A stretch of DNA of 64,000 bases. It comes from Mobula hypostoma (lineage: Eukaryota). Positions 51,761-63,544 of this stretch are shown here, piece after piece. A model generated the notes under the pieces. The model made no database searches. It had not been told where the DNA came from and worked only from the letters and a program-made list of their open reading frames with translations. The position numbers and the translations under genes are program-made. The number at the start of each line of letters is the position of its first letter. Within the stretch, counting starts at the first letter, position 1. The stretch is taken from assembly GCF_963921235.1 (NCBI RefSeq), contig NC_086102.1, positions 126,232,001 through 126,296,000 of the forward strand. Reading direction: 5' to 3'.

Positions 51761-53162
51761 ACCGTACTGCCCTATTCCTGGCTCTACTTTATTTACTATC
51801 ACTTGCTTCAGAGCCTTCTGTGCCATGACAATTCAAGTGCTTGTCCAAATACAAAAATTCCTACAGTACCCTCAGAAGTGTATTTGATTCCAACCATCCC
51901 TGGGTGAATAAGTTCTTCCTCTTCTCCCATACCAACTCTGATAGTGGAAGTAGTTTCTTCATGTTTCCTTTATTAAAGCCAATAATAATTTTAAAGGTTA
52001 TCATATTTCTTCTTAAATTTCTCTTCTCAACTACTCCCCTACCTTGAATGATCAAAAGGCCACAGGCCTTAATTATTCTGAAAGGTTTGGACTCATGCTT
52101 GATGGATACCAATGCCAACCTTTAAGTAAAACCCAATTACTTCTGTTTTGTCACACTGCTTTTCCATTCATTCTGCTGGTGAAGGATATTCAGATTCAGC
52201 AATGAACATTAATATTAGCGTCTTCTGGAAGCGTAACAGTCACAGTTATTATGTTGAAGCACCAGTAATGAGACAAGGTTGAGAAAAAGAGGAAGTTTTA
52301 TCTCAGCTTTCTTTTAATCCCTTTATTGCAGAATGCAACCCTTTAAAGAAGTAAATGCAACCTTCCCATCTAGAAACCAAAGTCCCCAAACTTACTGGGT
52401 CTATAATTTCAGCTAGAGTTCAAAAGTAAGTTTTCAGGAACAGCGCTGTCAATTTATGTATGTGGGCTCCCACACTTACTGCAGTAACATGCATCAAGAA
52501 ATGCAAGTGGAAAAGAACTGTTTATTTTTTTCACCCACAGATTTCTTAAGTTAATTTTTAATTTGTATCCGAGGTTTTTTGGTGTGATTTATGAATTCAA
52601 ATTTCTGTGACTGGACAGCCATAATTATCAAGGGGGGGGGATTAGCTTGCATTAACAGTACAAAATTATATCCAATTTTGGCCTTTTCTATGTCCCCATT
52701 TTTCATTAGTTCCATCAATTGCAGTTTTGTCTCATGTTGCCTTAGGTATGGAATTCCTTCACTAAAGTTTCCACAGCTTTGAGTCCCTCTCATATCTCCT
52801 TAAAATCTATCTCTTTTCATTAGACACCTGCATTATAGTAATATAAACTATATTATGTTTAGTTTGATAATTCTCATTTAAAGTGTCTTGGGACATGCAA
52901 ATATTAATTAGGTATTTTCATAGCAAATTTCCAAATATTTAATTTTTACATTTGTAATGGCAAGTCCTTTTCCAAATTACTGCTCTGCTGTTATTTGGAA
53001 AGAGCAGAAATGAAATGTCTGCTTATGTCTCAGCCCATCACTGAAGAATAACTGTTTATAGCTATTTCAGTCACAATTGAAGAGAATTTGATGAACCTTT
53101 CTGAATGTGTGGCTCTTGGATTGCAAGTTTCCATTTTTCTTTTCATTCTTTGCTATTGGCAG

Positions 53163-53345
53163 TTGCCATCACACAGGGAGGTGCGATTCAGCTACCGAAC
53201 AACGGCACAGATGGGGTTCAAGGACTCCAGACGCTAACAATGAGTAACACAGCAACAAGCCAGGGTGGAGCAACCATTGTACAGTATACCCAGAGTCCTG
53301 ATGGGCAGCAGATTTTTGTGCCGAGCAGCCAGGTGGTTGTACAAG
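53163..53345 (+). CDS. CREB1: CREB1-like exon, Q2 domain (IAITQGGAIQLPNNGTDGVQGLQTLTMSNTATSQGGATIVQYTQSPDGQQIFVPSSQVVVQ)
   Basis: ggcag|TTGCC ... CAAG|gtgagt; 183 nt, phase 1-1; GTDGVQGLQTLTM motif. Confidence 0.96.
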
Positions 53346-56300
53346 GTGAGTCTGGGACTTCTCAAAAATAATATGGTTCACTATCTTGGGGGTAGTTTTC
53401 ACTAAATATTAACACGATGTAAAACAAGCCAATTCACTGAGGCTGATTGTCAAGTCACTCTTGCTGTTGCCATTGCTGATGTGGTTCGTCATCTGAGCTG
53501 ATCAGAACTGATCAGTAGGAATGAGGGTGTGAAATGCTATGTGATGTTTAATGATGCCAGTGCACATTAAATATCTGAGAGCAAGAACTATGAAAGATAT
53601 TTCTCTGTTTTGTGCTCCCCTAGCAGAGGCGATGGATAAAACTGTTGCAACAGGGTTGTTTAAAATTTCTATTTTTTTGATTTTCTTGTGTGACTTTCCC
53701 CCTACTTGTAGTGGATTCTGTTTTGTTTTTGTTGGCATGGTCTTGGGCCATTTGGCCTCCTATATTGGAAGGAAGTGAAATAGACAGGGAGAACTTGTGG
53801 GCTGACAGCATTGCACAGACCTAATTTCTGGGAGCATCTCATCTCCTCTGTAACCAATGGACTTGGCATGCTGGACTCAAGGCCAGATACTTGTGTATCT
53901 TGCTCTTGCCTGAAAAATGGGATTTCCAACGTTAGTGGAAGTGGGAAGTTTTTTCCCTTTTGTTTTCGAATATTAAAAATAATGATTGTTTAAATAGATT
54001 TAGACTTTTTAAATGATATAAATCTACTCAATCTGTTTTTAAATGTATCAGCTGATCAGAGACCTTGAGAAACTTTAAAAAAGGGCCCTTTAAGCCTGAG
54101 CTGCTAAAAGACCATCAGCATATTATGGGAGCAGGGCCTCGGGATCATCCTCCTGGATAGATCCACAATCCTGCAAAACATTTAGCATCATGAAGGATCA
54201 CACCCACCCATGGACTGTTTGTCCCACCTCCATCAGGGAGGAGGTTTTGTAGCATCCTCACCAGGACCACCAGGCTCAAAAACATTTATTTTCCCCGAGG
54301 AGTAAGGCTGATCAACACCTCCACCCACTAACCCACCACTCCATACCCCCAACCACCACACCCCAATCATCATTTCCTGTCTGTCACCTTATGTACAGGC
54401 ACTCCTGCGCCTAGTGTCACTTTTTGGACATGTAATCAATCTATGTGTATAAGCTATCTTACATATAGTTGCAAGAAAAAGTTTGTGCACTCGTTGCAAT
54501 TACCTGTTTTTCTGCATTGATTACTCATAAAATGTGGTCTGATCTTCACCTAAGTCACAATAATAGACAACCCCAATCTGTCTAGACAAATAATGCACAA
54601 AAGTTGTACTGCTTCTCATCAATACTGAATACACCATTTAAACAATCACAGTCCAGGTTCAAAAAAGTTTGTGAACCCTTGTATTTAAAAATTGGTAGAA
54701 ACTTGTTTAGCAGTAGTAAACTCCATCAAACATTTCTTTTAGCTGCTGATCAGACTTGCACAACGGTGAGGTGGAATTTTAGGCTATTCCTCCACACGAA
54801 ATTTTCAGTTCATCAATATTTCTAAGATACCTTGCCTGAGCAGCACTTTTCAGGTCATACCACAGCATCTCAATTGGGTTAAGGTCTGGACTCTGTCTTG
54901 GTCATTCCAAACCACAAACTTTCTTCTTTTTAAACTACTGTATTATTGATTTACTCTTGTGTTTTGGATCATTGTCTTGTTGCAACATCCAACTGCTATG
55001 AAGATTCAGGTGATGGACTGCTACCTTAACATTCTCCTGTAAAATGTCTTAGTGCAATTTTGAATTCGTTGTTCCCTCAATGACTGCCAGCTGTCCAAAT
55101 CCTGAGGCAGCAAAGTTGTCCCAAACTATGATGCTCCTTCCACCATGAGTTGGATGAGGTTTTGGCTCCAAACATAGTGGTGTGCACCTCTGCCAGAAAG
55201 TTCAACTTCTGTCTCTTTATGTCCATAGCACGTTGTCCCAGAAGTGTTGTGAAACATCTAGGCAGTCTTTTGCAAACCTGAGACATGCAGCAGTGGTTTT
55301 TTTTGAGAGCAGTGGTTTCTTTCGTGTTGTCCTTCCATGAACACCATTCTTGTTCAGTGTTTTTCCTATAGTGAACACATGAATAGAGACTTGAGCAAGT
55401 TCTAGAGATTTCTCAGATCTTTTGCTGTTACCCTTGGTTCTTCTTCACCTTCTTCAGCATTGCATGTTGTCTTCTTGGTGTGATCTTTACAGGATGCCCA
55501 CTCCTAAGGAGAGTAGCAACCTCTGAATTTCCATATTTGTAGACAATTTCTCTTATTGTGGACTGATGAACAAGTCTTGTCAAAGTCAAATACTTTTGCT
55601 GCATTTTTCAGCTTCGTGAATCTCAACAGTTCTGGTCCTCAGAGGAAATTGTTTTGATCAAGTCATGGTGCACATTAACAATTCTTTTTTGAGAAGAACA
55701 GGTTCTGTCAGCAACCTGACTTTGTGTGTGTGTTTTTTTATAGGGCAGGGCACTTCTACAACTTCTACAACCTTATCTCATTGATTGGAACACCTGACTC
55801 TAGCTTCAGTAGAAGCCATTGCCCTCAGGGGTTCACGTATTTTTTGAACCTAGATTGTGATTAAGTGGCATGGTCATTATTGACAAAAAGAAGTACGATT
55901 GTGTTACCTGTTCCATGAGTGTCTCGTAAGCATGATGTAAGTGTCTCGTGATATTGGCATGATGTAATTTTTGTGATAGAGGGGTGATGTCATGTGATGG
56001 CATGTTCCAACCAGTATAAAAGGGGAGACCGCAATTTGTTGTGTAGTTGTTTTTGTTGGGGAGTCACAGTCGGTGGTTACGTAATCGTGGAAGGAAAGAG
56101 AATGACAGTGAAGAATTTGCCAACTTCGTACGAACCCAAGAAATCAACGGCGTTCTGTGATTGACATTTGATATGGTCCATACGGGTATTGTGGCACACA
56201 CTTTTGGTTAATCCCTACATGGTCTTGGGTGTTGTGTAGTGACTACCTCTGGCAAAAGGTCAGTTACTGTGAGAAATCTTATTCTTGTGATCTCTTCGGA

Positions 56301-56607
56301 CAAGGCGTTTCTCGGCTGGGATCTGCGTTAGCAGTTTTGTCCTTTCTCAATTGCTGGTTCAGAAAGTCTCTCCTGTCACTTATTTCATAAGTCACTTGGA
56401 CTCTTTGAACTACCACCAAAGATCTATTAAGAATTGTCTAAGTTCGACTGTTTGATAACTAAAGACACATAACACTGTTAACTTCCGTTTAAGTTAGTCG
56501 TTTGTTTACTTTTCTATGTTTTTGAGTAGAGGTTAATAAATTTTGTTGTTTATTTATAAAAACCCAACTCAATTTCATATCTATTGCTGCTGGTGCGTAA
56601 CAAAAAT

Positions 56608-56625
56608 TGGGGGCTCGTCCTGGAT
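56608..56625 (+). other. Primer-binding site (tRNA-Pro)
   Basis: TGGGGGCTCGTCCTGGAT, 17/18 match to the tRNA-Pro PBS TGGGGGCTCGTCCGGGAT, 5 nt after the 5' LTR. Confidence 0.9.
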
Positions 56626-59600
56626 ATGAGCAAATATGGAGCTTATTGATTGTTTAATTGTCGATCTGATTGAGGATAAGGGACATACCCGATTCCTTTT
56701 GTTTGATTGGTTTGTGTGTGGTAATCAGCAGCAATGGATGTGGGGAGCTTTCTGGAATCACTAACCCCTGCGGTATTAGAAAAAGCGAAAAAGGGTGCGG
56801 TGCTGGAAATTGCTAAGGAACTGAAGCTTACAGGGATAATGATGGCTACTACAAAGCCAGAGATTCAGAGGAAAATAGCTGAGCATTATATAGCTATGAA
56901 AGTGTTTGAAGAAGAGGTTTTAGAGAAATTTCCTGGAAGGAAAGATGTGATCCGGTTACAGCTAGAACAAATAGCATTAGAGAAGCTTAAAATTGAGGCT
57001 GGGGACAGAGAAAAACAGAGGCAGTAAGATGCTAGAGAAGCAGACAGACAGAGGGAAGAAGCCGAAAGACAAAGGGGTGTTTGAGCTAGAAAAGATACAG
57101 AAATTGAAGCAAAGAGGTCTAGCAGGAGACTCTGTTGTACCGTTTGTTGTTAGTCAGGAAGTTAAATTGGTTCCTCCATTTAATGAGGCAGATGTTGATA
57201 AATACTTCCAGCATTTTGAGAAGGTTGCTCAGAGTTCATAGTGGCAGAAAAAGGGCTGGCTTGTCCTTTTACAAAGTGTATTTAAAGGTAAAGCACAACA
57301 GGTTTATACGGCCTTAACCAGTGAACAGGCAGCTGATTACGATACTGTGAAGCAGGTTATACTTGAAGCTTATGAATTGGTTCCAGAAGCTTATAGGCAG
57401 AGATTTAGAAGTCTGAAGAAATCTGTGAACCAGACATGTGGAATTTGCCAATGACAAATCTGTGTGTTTTGAGCGCTGATGCACCTCTAAATATGTGGAT
57501 GGAGAGTATGACAACTTGAAAGAGTTGGTTTTAATAGAGGAATTTAAAAGGTGCATCCCTAATGGCAATAAGGCATATTTGGATGAAAAGGATCCTGCCA
57601 CGTTGCCAGAGTCTGCTAAATTAGCAGATGAGTTTGCTCTCACCCAGAAGAGTAAGTTTACTCCGAGTAAGACTTTCCAAAAGAGTAGCATAGATAGTCA
57701 GGGTAAACCGGAAATTAAAGCGGAAGCTAGTGATAAAGGTAAGGATGAAGGAAAGCAAGTGAAGGAAAAACATTTTGGTCCTATTTGTCACTATTGTAGG
57801 AAATCTGGTCATGTTATGGCTAACTATATTCGTCTGAAGAAGAAGGAAAAGGAGGCAGTTCCAGATGCCTGTGTCCAACACTTTGAAGCACCCAAAAACC
57901 CGCAGGGTTCAGGACATTCAAAAGAAGCTCTGCCAAGGTCTGACCAAGTTAGGAAGGGATTCAATCATTTTATGTCAGAGGGATGTTTCCATGAATGAAG
58001 GGTCTACTCAAGTACCAATAAAAATTCTTCGGGATACTGGGGCTTCTCAGTCACTTATGTTAGATGGTGTTCTAGAGTTTAGTGATGAGACTGACACTAT
58101 TGAAGTAAATCTTATATGAGGTATTGAAGGCAACCTTACGCTTGTACCTCTGCACAAGGTAATTTTAAAGTCAGGGATAGTTTCAGGACCTGTTAAAATT
58201 GGGCTACGACCCAGTTTACCGGTGGATGGTGTTTCTTTATTGTTAGGGAATGACCTAGCAGATGGAAAAGTTGTTCCTGCAGTGCAGCTGACAACTAAGC
58301 CAATCATTGATGATCCAAAGATGGATCCTAACATGTATCCCTCCTGTGCAGTAACCCGAGCTATAGTCAAAAAGTCTGCCAGGGCAGATGGTTCTGTGCA
58401 GCCTGGGTCTACTACCCATGACAGCTCAAGTCGGGATTCAGATTCTGATGAATTGTCAGTAACTTTGTACCTTCCTTGTTTGATGAAGATCCTTGTAGTG
58501 AGTCCGACCATAAAGACTTGGTCTCTGTCTAGGAAGGAGATTATAGCGGAGCAGAGCAGAGATCCTGAGATTGCCACCTTGAGAGAGAATGCTCTCCCAG
58601 ATAACGAGATTGAGAAGGTGCCAGTAGGGTATTATTTCAAGAGTGGAGTGTTAATGAGGAAGTGGAGCCCACCTGAGATTCCTGCAAATGAGGATTGGGC
58701 GGTTGTTCACCAGGTAGTCGTTCCTAAAGTCTATAGGAATGAAATTTTAACTTTGGCTCATAGTATGCCCTTAAGTGGCCATCAAAGTGTGAAGAAAACT
58801 GTGAACAAAGTTATGAAACACTTCTTCTGGCCTGGTATGAGGAAAGATGTGGCGACATTTTGCCAAACTTGTCACATTTGTCAGGTTGTGGGTCAACCTA
58901 ATCAAGTCAACCCAGTGGCCCCTTTGCAACCTATTCCTGCATTTGGTGAACCGTTTTCTAAAGTTATTGTAGATTGTGTTGGCCCATTCCCAAAAACTAA
59001 AGCTGGACATCAATATTTGCTGACCATCATGTGTACAGCATCTAGGTTTCCAGAAGCAATACCCCTCAGGAATATAAAAGCCAAAACTGTGACGAAGGCT
59101 CTCAAAAAGTTCTTTACTTTATTTGGGTTGCCTAAAGAAATCCAGTCTGATCAAGGAAGTAATTTTATGTCTGGGTTATTCCAGCAGGTAGTTTATAACC
59201 TGGGAGCCAAACAGATTATATCGTCTGCGTACCATCCAGAATCACAGGGGGCCTTAGAAAGGTTCCATTCTACCCTCAAAACCATGATTAGGACGTCTTC
59301 TGTTGAAAATGAGAAGGATTGGGATGAGGGAGGTCATTTGCTTTTGTTTGCAGTCAGGGAGTCTGTGCAGGTGTCCCCTTTGAACTTGCGTTTGGAAACA
59401 GAGTCCGAGGACCTTTGGCATTGTTACAAGAACAGTGCGTTAATAAAGAATTACTACTTCTGCTGGATTATGTCTTGAAATTTAAGGAAAGGTTGCAAAA
59501 AGCTTGCAGTTTAGCAAGGGAAAATTTAAAATCTGCTCAAGAAAGAATGAAAACTTGGTATGACAAAGAAGCTAGAACGAGGTCGTTTAAGCTGGGAGAT

Positions 59601-60984
59601 AAGGTGTTGGTTCTTTTCCCTGTACAAACGAACCCTTTGCAAGCTAAATTTCATGGTCCTTACGAGATTATATCTAAAGTTAATAATGTGGACTATGTGG
59701 TAAAAACACCAGATCAAAGAAGGCCAACGCAGCTTTGACATGTAAATATGATAAAACCATATTATGAAAAACAGTCCGTTGCTATGACTGTTGTCGTCAA
59801 TGACAATGAGTCTGATCTCCCTGGGAACTTAGTAGCTGATCCATCTGAGGCTTATTTTAAACCGAACATTATTTCCGCCAGACTAACAAATTTGACAATT
59901 TTAAAAAATATTGATGAGAAATTGGCTCATCTACAGCCACAACAGCAGCAGCAAATGAAGCTGTTAATTATGAAATTTAAGGATTTATTTCCGGACGCTC
60001 CAAAAAGAACCACAGTAGCCTCACATGATGTAGATGTTGGAAACGCCAAACCCATAAAGCAACATCCATATCGAATGGACATGGAAAAATGTAGAATTGC
60101 TGAACAAGAAATAGAATATATGTTAGAAAATGATATTATTAGACCTTCTACTTCAGATTGGAGTTCACCTTGTGTCATGGTGCCTAAACCAGATGGTAGT
60201 ATTCGATTTTGTACTGATTACAGAAAGGAGAATGCTGTAACAAAACTGATTCATATCCAATCCCTAGGGTAGATGATTGTGTGGATAAGGTTGGAAAAGT
60301 TAAGTTTCTTACAAAGATCGACCTGTTAAAAGGATATTGGTGTGTTCCCTTGACGGATAAAGGTGGAGAAATTTCTGCATTTGTAACGCCATCTGGGTTA
60401 TATGAATACAATGTTCTGCCATTTGGAATGAAGAATGCTCCAGGAACCTTCCAGAGAATGATTAATTCTGTAATTCAAGCGTTAAAACATACAGATGCCT
60501 ATATTGATTTAGTCACAGGAAATTACACTTGGGAAGCACATATCTCTGCAGTGGAAAAGCTGTTTGAAAGGCTTTCAAAAGCCAACCTTACCATTAACTT
60601 AGCTAGAGTGAATTTGGCCATGCTCCTGTGACCTATCTTGATCACGTTGTAAGTCTGGGCTTGGTTAAGAAAAATGATTAAGAAGACAAATCAAACCCCA
60701 ATTAAACAACAAAGTTTGATTTTACAAGAATATGATGTCTTAATAACTCATGTTAAAGGCAAAGGTAATGTAATTGCCGACTGTCTGTCCAGATGTTGAA
60801 CTTGCAATGTAATTTTTTTTAATGGAGTGGAATGTTGATATTTGTATACACTCCTGCCATATGTTATATTAGTACTGTATGATAACTGTATGTGTATTGT
60901 GCATTTTATAAACTTTATACGTTTGTCTAGTTTGTAAATTGTAGTAAAAATTTTGCTCTTGAAAGATCAAAATTTTCTTTTCTT

Positions 60985-60993
60985 GAGGAGAGG
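60985..60993 (+). other. Polypurine tract
   Basis: GAGGAGAGG immediately before the 3' LTR. Confidence 0.8.
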
Positions 60994-61049
60994 TGTTACC
61001 TGTCCCGTGAGTATCTCGTGAGCATGATGTAATTATCTCGTGATAATTG

Positions 61050-61180
61050 GCATTATGTAATTGTTGTGATAGAGAGGTGATGTCATGTGATGGCATGTTA
61101 CAACCAGTATAAAAGGGGAGACCGCAGTTTGTTGCGTAGTTGTTTTTGTTGGGGAGTCACAGTTGGTGGGTTACGTAATC
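61050..61180 (+). promoter_or_regulatory. LTR promoter: TATA box with CRE-like and PAR-bZIP-like sites
   Basis: TTATGTAA 61053, TGATGTCA 61078, TGATGGCA 61088, TATAAAA 61108, TTACGTAA 61171; activity unknown. Confidence 0.5.
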
Positions 61181-62858
61181 GTGGAAGGAGAGAGAGCAAG
61201 AGTGAAGAATTTGCCAGCTTCGTACAAACCCAAGATATCAACTGCGTTCTGTGATTGACATTTGGTATGGTCCATACGGGTACTGTGTCACACACTTTTG
61301 GTTAATCCCTGCATGGTCTTGGGTGTTATGTGGTGACTACCTCCGGTGAAAAGTCAGTTACTGTGAGAAATCTTATTCTTCGTGACCTCTTCAGACAAGA
61401 CATTTCTCAGCTGGGATCTGCGTCAGCAGTTTCATCTTTTCTTCATCACTGGTTCAGGAAGTCTCTCCTGTCACTGATTTCATAAATCACTCGGACTCTG
61501 AACTACCACCTTAAGACTGTGTTTGAGTAAGATCTGTTAAGAATTGTCTTGTAAGTTCTACTGTTTGATAACTAAAGACACATAACACTGTTAACTTCCG
61601 TTTAAGTTAGTCGTTTGTTTACTTTTCTGTGTTTTTGAGTAGAGGTTAATAAATTTTGTTGTTTATTTATAAAAACCCGACTCAATTTCATATCTATTGC
61701 TGCTGGTGCGTAACAAATTGTTTGTGCATTATTAGTTTAGGCAGATTGTGTTTGTGTTTGACTTAGATGAAGATCAGACCACATTTTATGAGTAATTAAT
61801 TCAGAAAACCAGGTAATTGCAAAAGGTTCACAAACTTTTTCTTGCAACTGTATTTATATTTATTCTGTACTTTTTATTATGTTCTTTATCTTGCTGTGTT
61901 TTTTGTGCTGCATCAGATCTGGAGTTAGGATTATTTTGTTCTCCTTTACGCTTGTGTAATGGAAATGACAAACAATCTTGAATCTTCACCGGTGAAAGAT
62001 AAGATTAATGCAGCCCATGCTTCTTTTTACATAATGGATTCAGCTGAAGTTTAAAAAGTGTAATTCTCCATATTCATAAATAAGGTCATTTAAAAATATA
62101 AATGGATTAGCGTGGGGGCAAAGTTCTGCCATTTGTGAAACCCCTGAGAAGTGTTTTCAGGGTGTTTTATGAGAGGGCAGTAATAGTGGGGAGGGCACTA
62201 AAAACACAGGAGGTGTATCATGGGGAAGAAATAAACTTTGAGTAAGATATCAATGGGAACATAGTCTCTAGATGGGGTAGTGATAGCAGTATTTTGTTGC
62301 TGGCTGTATAACAACAGTTCATGGTGAAGTTGGTTAAAAGTACAAGAAAATCTATCTTGCATCGCGAAATTTATTAATGGTGCTTTAACATGAAAGTGCT
62401 GTTAATTAATGGGATTAATATTTAGTCTCAGGACCAAGATTACTGTTCTTGCCTTTAGTACTACATGCTGCTTATGCCACATGAACAAGTTCATTACAGA
62501 CTTCAGTGTCAACTAAAATTAATGAAGATGAAGCATTCAGTATTCAAGGAAAATTTCACCTTTCATCACTTGGCACATATTTGTAGCTTTGCAGTGTTTA
62601 ATTTTAAAATCTAAAGAAATCTGTTTGCAATTAGTAAGTGGCATGAAAAGGCTATCCTGCTTAATTATTTGCAGGATTGCAATTTTCTGGTTAAGCAAAG
62701 TTAACGAAATTAAAGTTAATGTAAAACAATTAAGCAAGTACATTTTGTTATAATTTAATTTCTGCAGAACGTTTATATGGACAAAGATAATTCTTTGATG
62801 AGTTCAAATAGCAAAATTGATATTTTATTTCTTGCCTTTTTTCCATATTTTTTCTCAG

Positions 62859-63015
62859 GTGCCACTGGAGATGTCCAGACCTATCAAATCCGTACCACTC
62901 CAAACTCCACTACTGGTCCAGGAATGGTAATGGCATCATCCCCTGTACTTCAGAATCAGCCACAGAACGCTGAGGAAACCACTCGCAAACGAGAAATCCG
63001 CCTCATGAAAAACAG
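62859..63015 (+). CDS. CREB1: CREB1-like exon, pre-bZIP and start of basic region (GATGDVQTYQIRTTPNSTTGPGMVMASSPVLQNQPQNAEETTRKREIRLMKNR)
   Basis: ttctcag|GTGCC ... AACAG|gtagtt; 157 nt, phase 1-2; RKRExRLMKNR basic-region start; zipper exon lies beyond the window. Confidence 0.96.
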
Positions 63016-63021
63016 GTAGTT

Positions 63022-63255
63022 TTAGAACATAGAACGGTATAGATCCTTTGATCCATGATGTTGTGCCGACCTTTTAACCTACTGCAAGATCAGTCTGGTA
63101 CTTCCCTCCCATATAGTCCTTCATTTTTCTTTTATCGATGTACCTATCTAAGTGTCTCTTAAATTACCCTAATGTATCAGCCTCTTTCACAACCACTGGC
63201 AACGTGTTCCACTCACCCACTACTGTAAAAAAAAAACATACCTCTGGCATCCCAA
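63022..63255 (-). mobile_element. CR1 3' end
   Basis: tagaacatagaac tail complement and typical CR1 3' UTR. Confidence 0.7.
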
Positions 63256-63544
63256 TTCCAGTGACCCAAGTTCAGTCCTGATCTACTGGTGTGTGTGTTG
63301 AGCTTGTATTTCCTGAGATTGATATTTATTTATTTATCACATATGCAGTGAAATGCTCATTTGCGTGAACAACAACAGAAACTGAGGGCAGCCCACTGGT
63401 GTCACAACACTTTCTGGCACCAACATAGCATATCCACAGTCTGCAGGGTGTTGGACTGCTAGACCCTCCAGAATATAGCAAAAACCAACAAGAGGAACAC
63501 CAAGGTCTCCTTCCCCCGCCATTTGTGACATTTACCTGGACTTT

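Larger units (their letters stand above)
55902..61715 (+). mobile_element. Gmr1-like Gypsy LTR retrotransposon with both LTRs (gag-PR-IN-RT-RH), defective
   Basis: LTRs 55902-56602 and 60994-61715 (TG..CA); 5-bp TSD gattg/aattg; CCHC CHYCRKSGH; protease LRDTGAS; integrase (H2C2, DCVGP, SDQG, ERFH) precedes RT (IKQHPYR, DLLKGYW, PFGMKNAP); RNase H largely deleted. Confidence 0.95.
54466..61850 (-). mobile_element. Full-length degenerate Tc1 transposon, interrupted by the Gmr1-like element
   Basis: TIRs (T)AGTTGCAAGAAAAAGTTTGTG / CACAAACTTTTTCTTGCAACTG with TA on both sides; WPSQSPDLNPIEMLW motif on - strand near 54860-54905. Confidence 0.92.
54170..61985 (+). mobile_element. Rex1/Babar LINE 3' end split by Tc1 (pieces 54170-54465 and 61851-61985)
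   Basis: PPPSGRRFCSILTRTTRLKNIYFP remnant; tail continues after the Tc1 TA and ends aatcttgaatctt. Confidence 0.7.

Noticed and set aside
53420-53670. Native ICER-like promoter or first exon (CGTCA half-site near 53488, ATG near 53631)
   Set aside because: No full CRE cluster, no MAVTG-like peptide and no donor in the required phase.
58222-59478. 418-aa integrase ORF as a domesticated gene
   Set aside because: It sits in a two-LTR retrotransposon with neighbouring stops and frameshifts.
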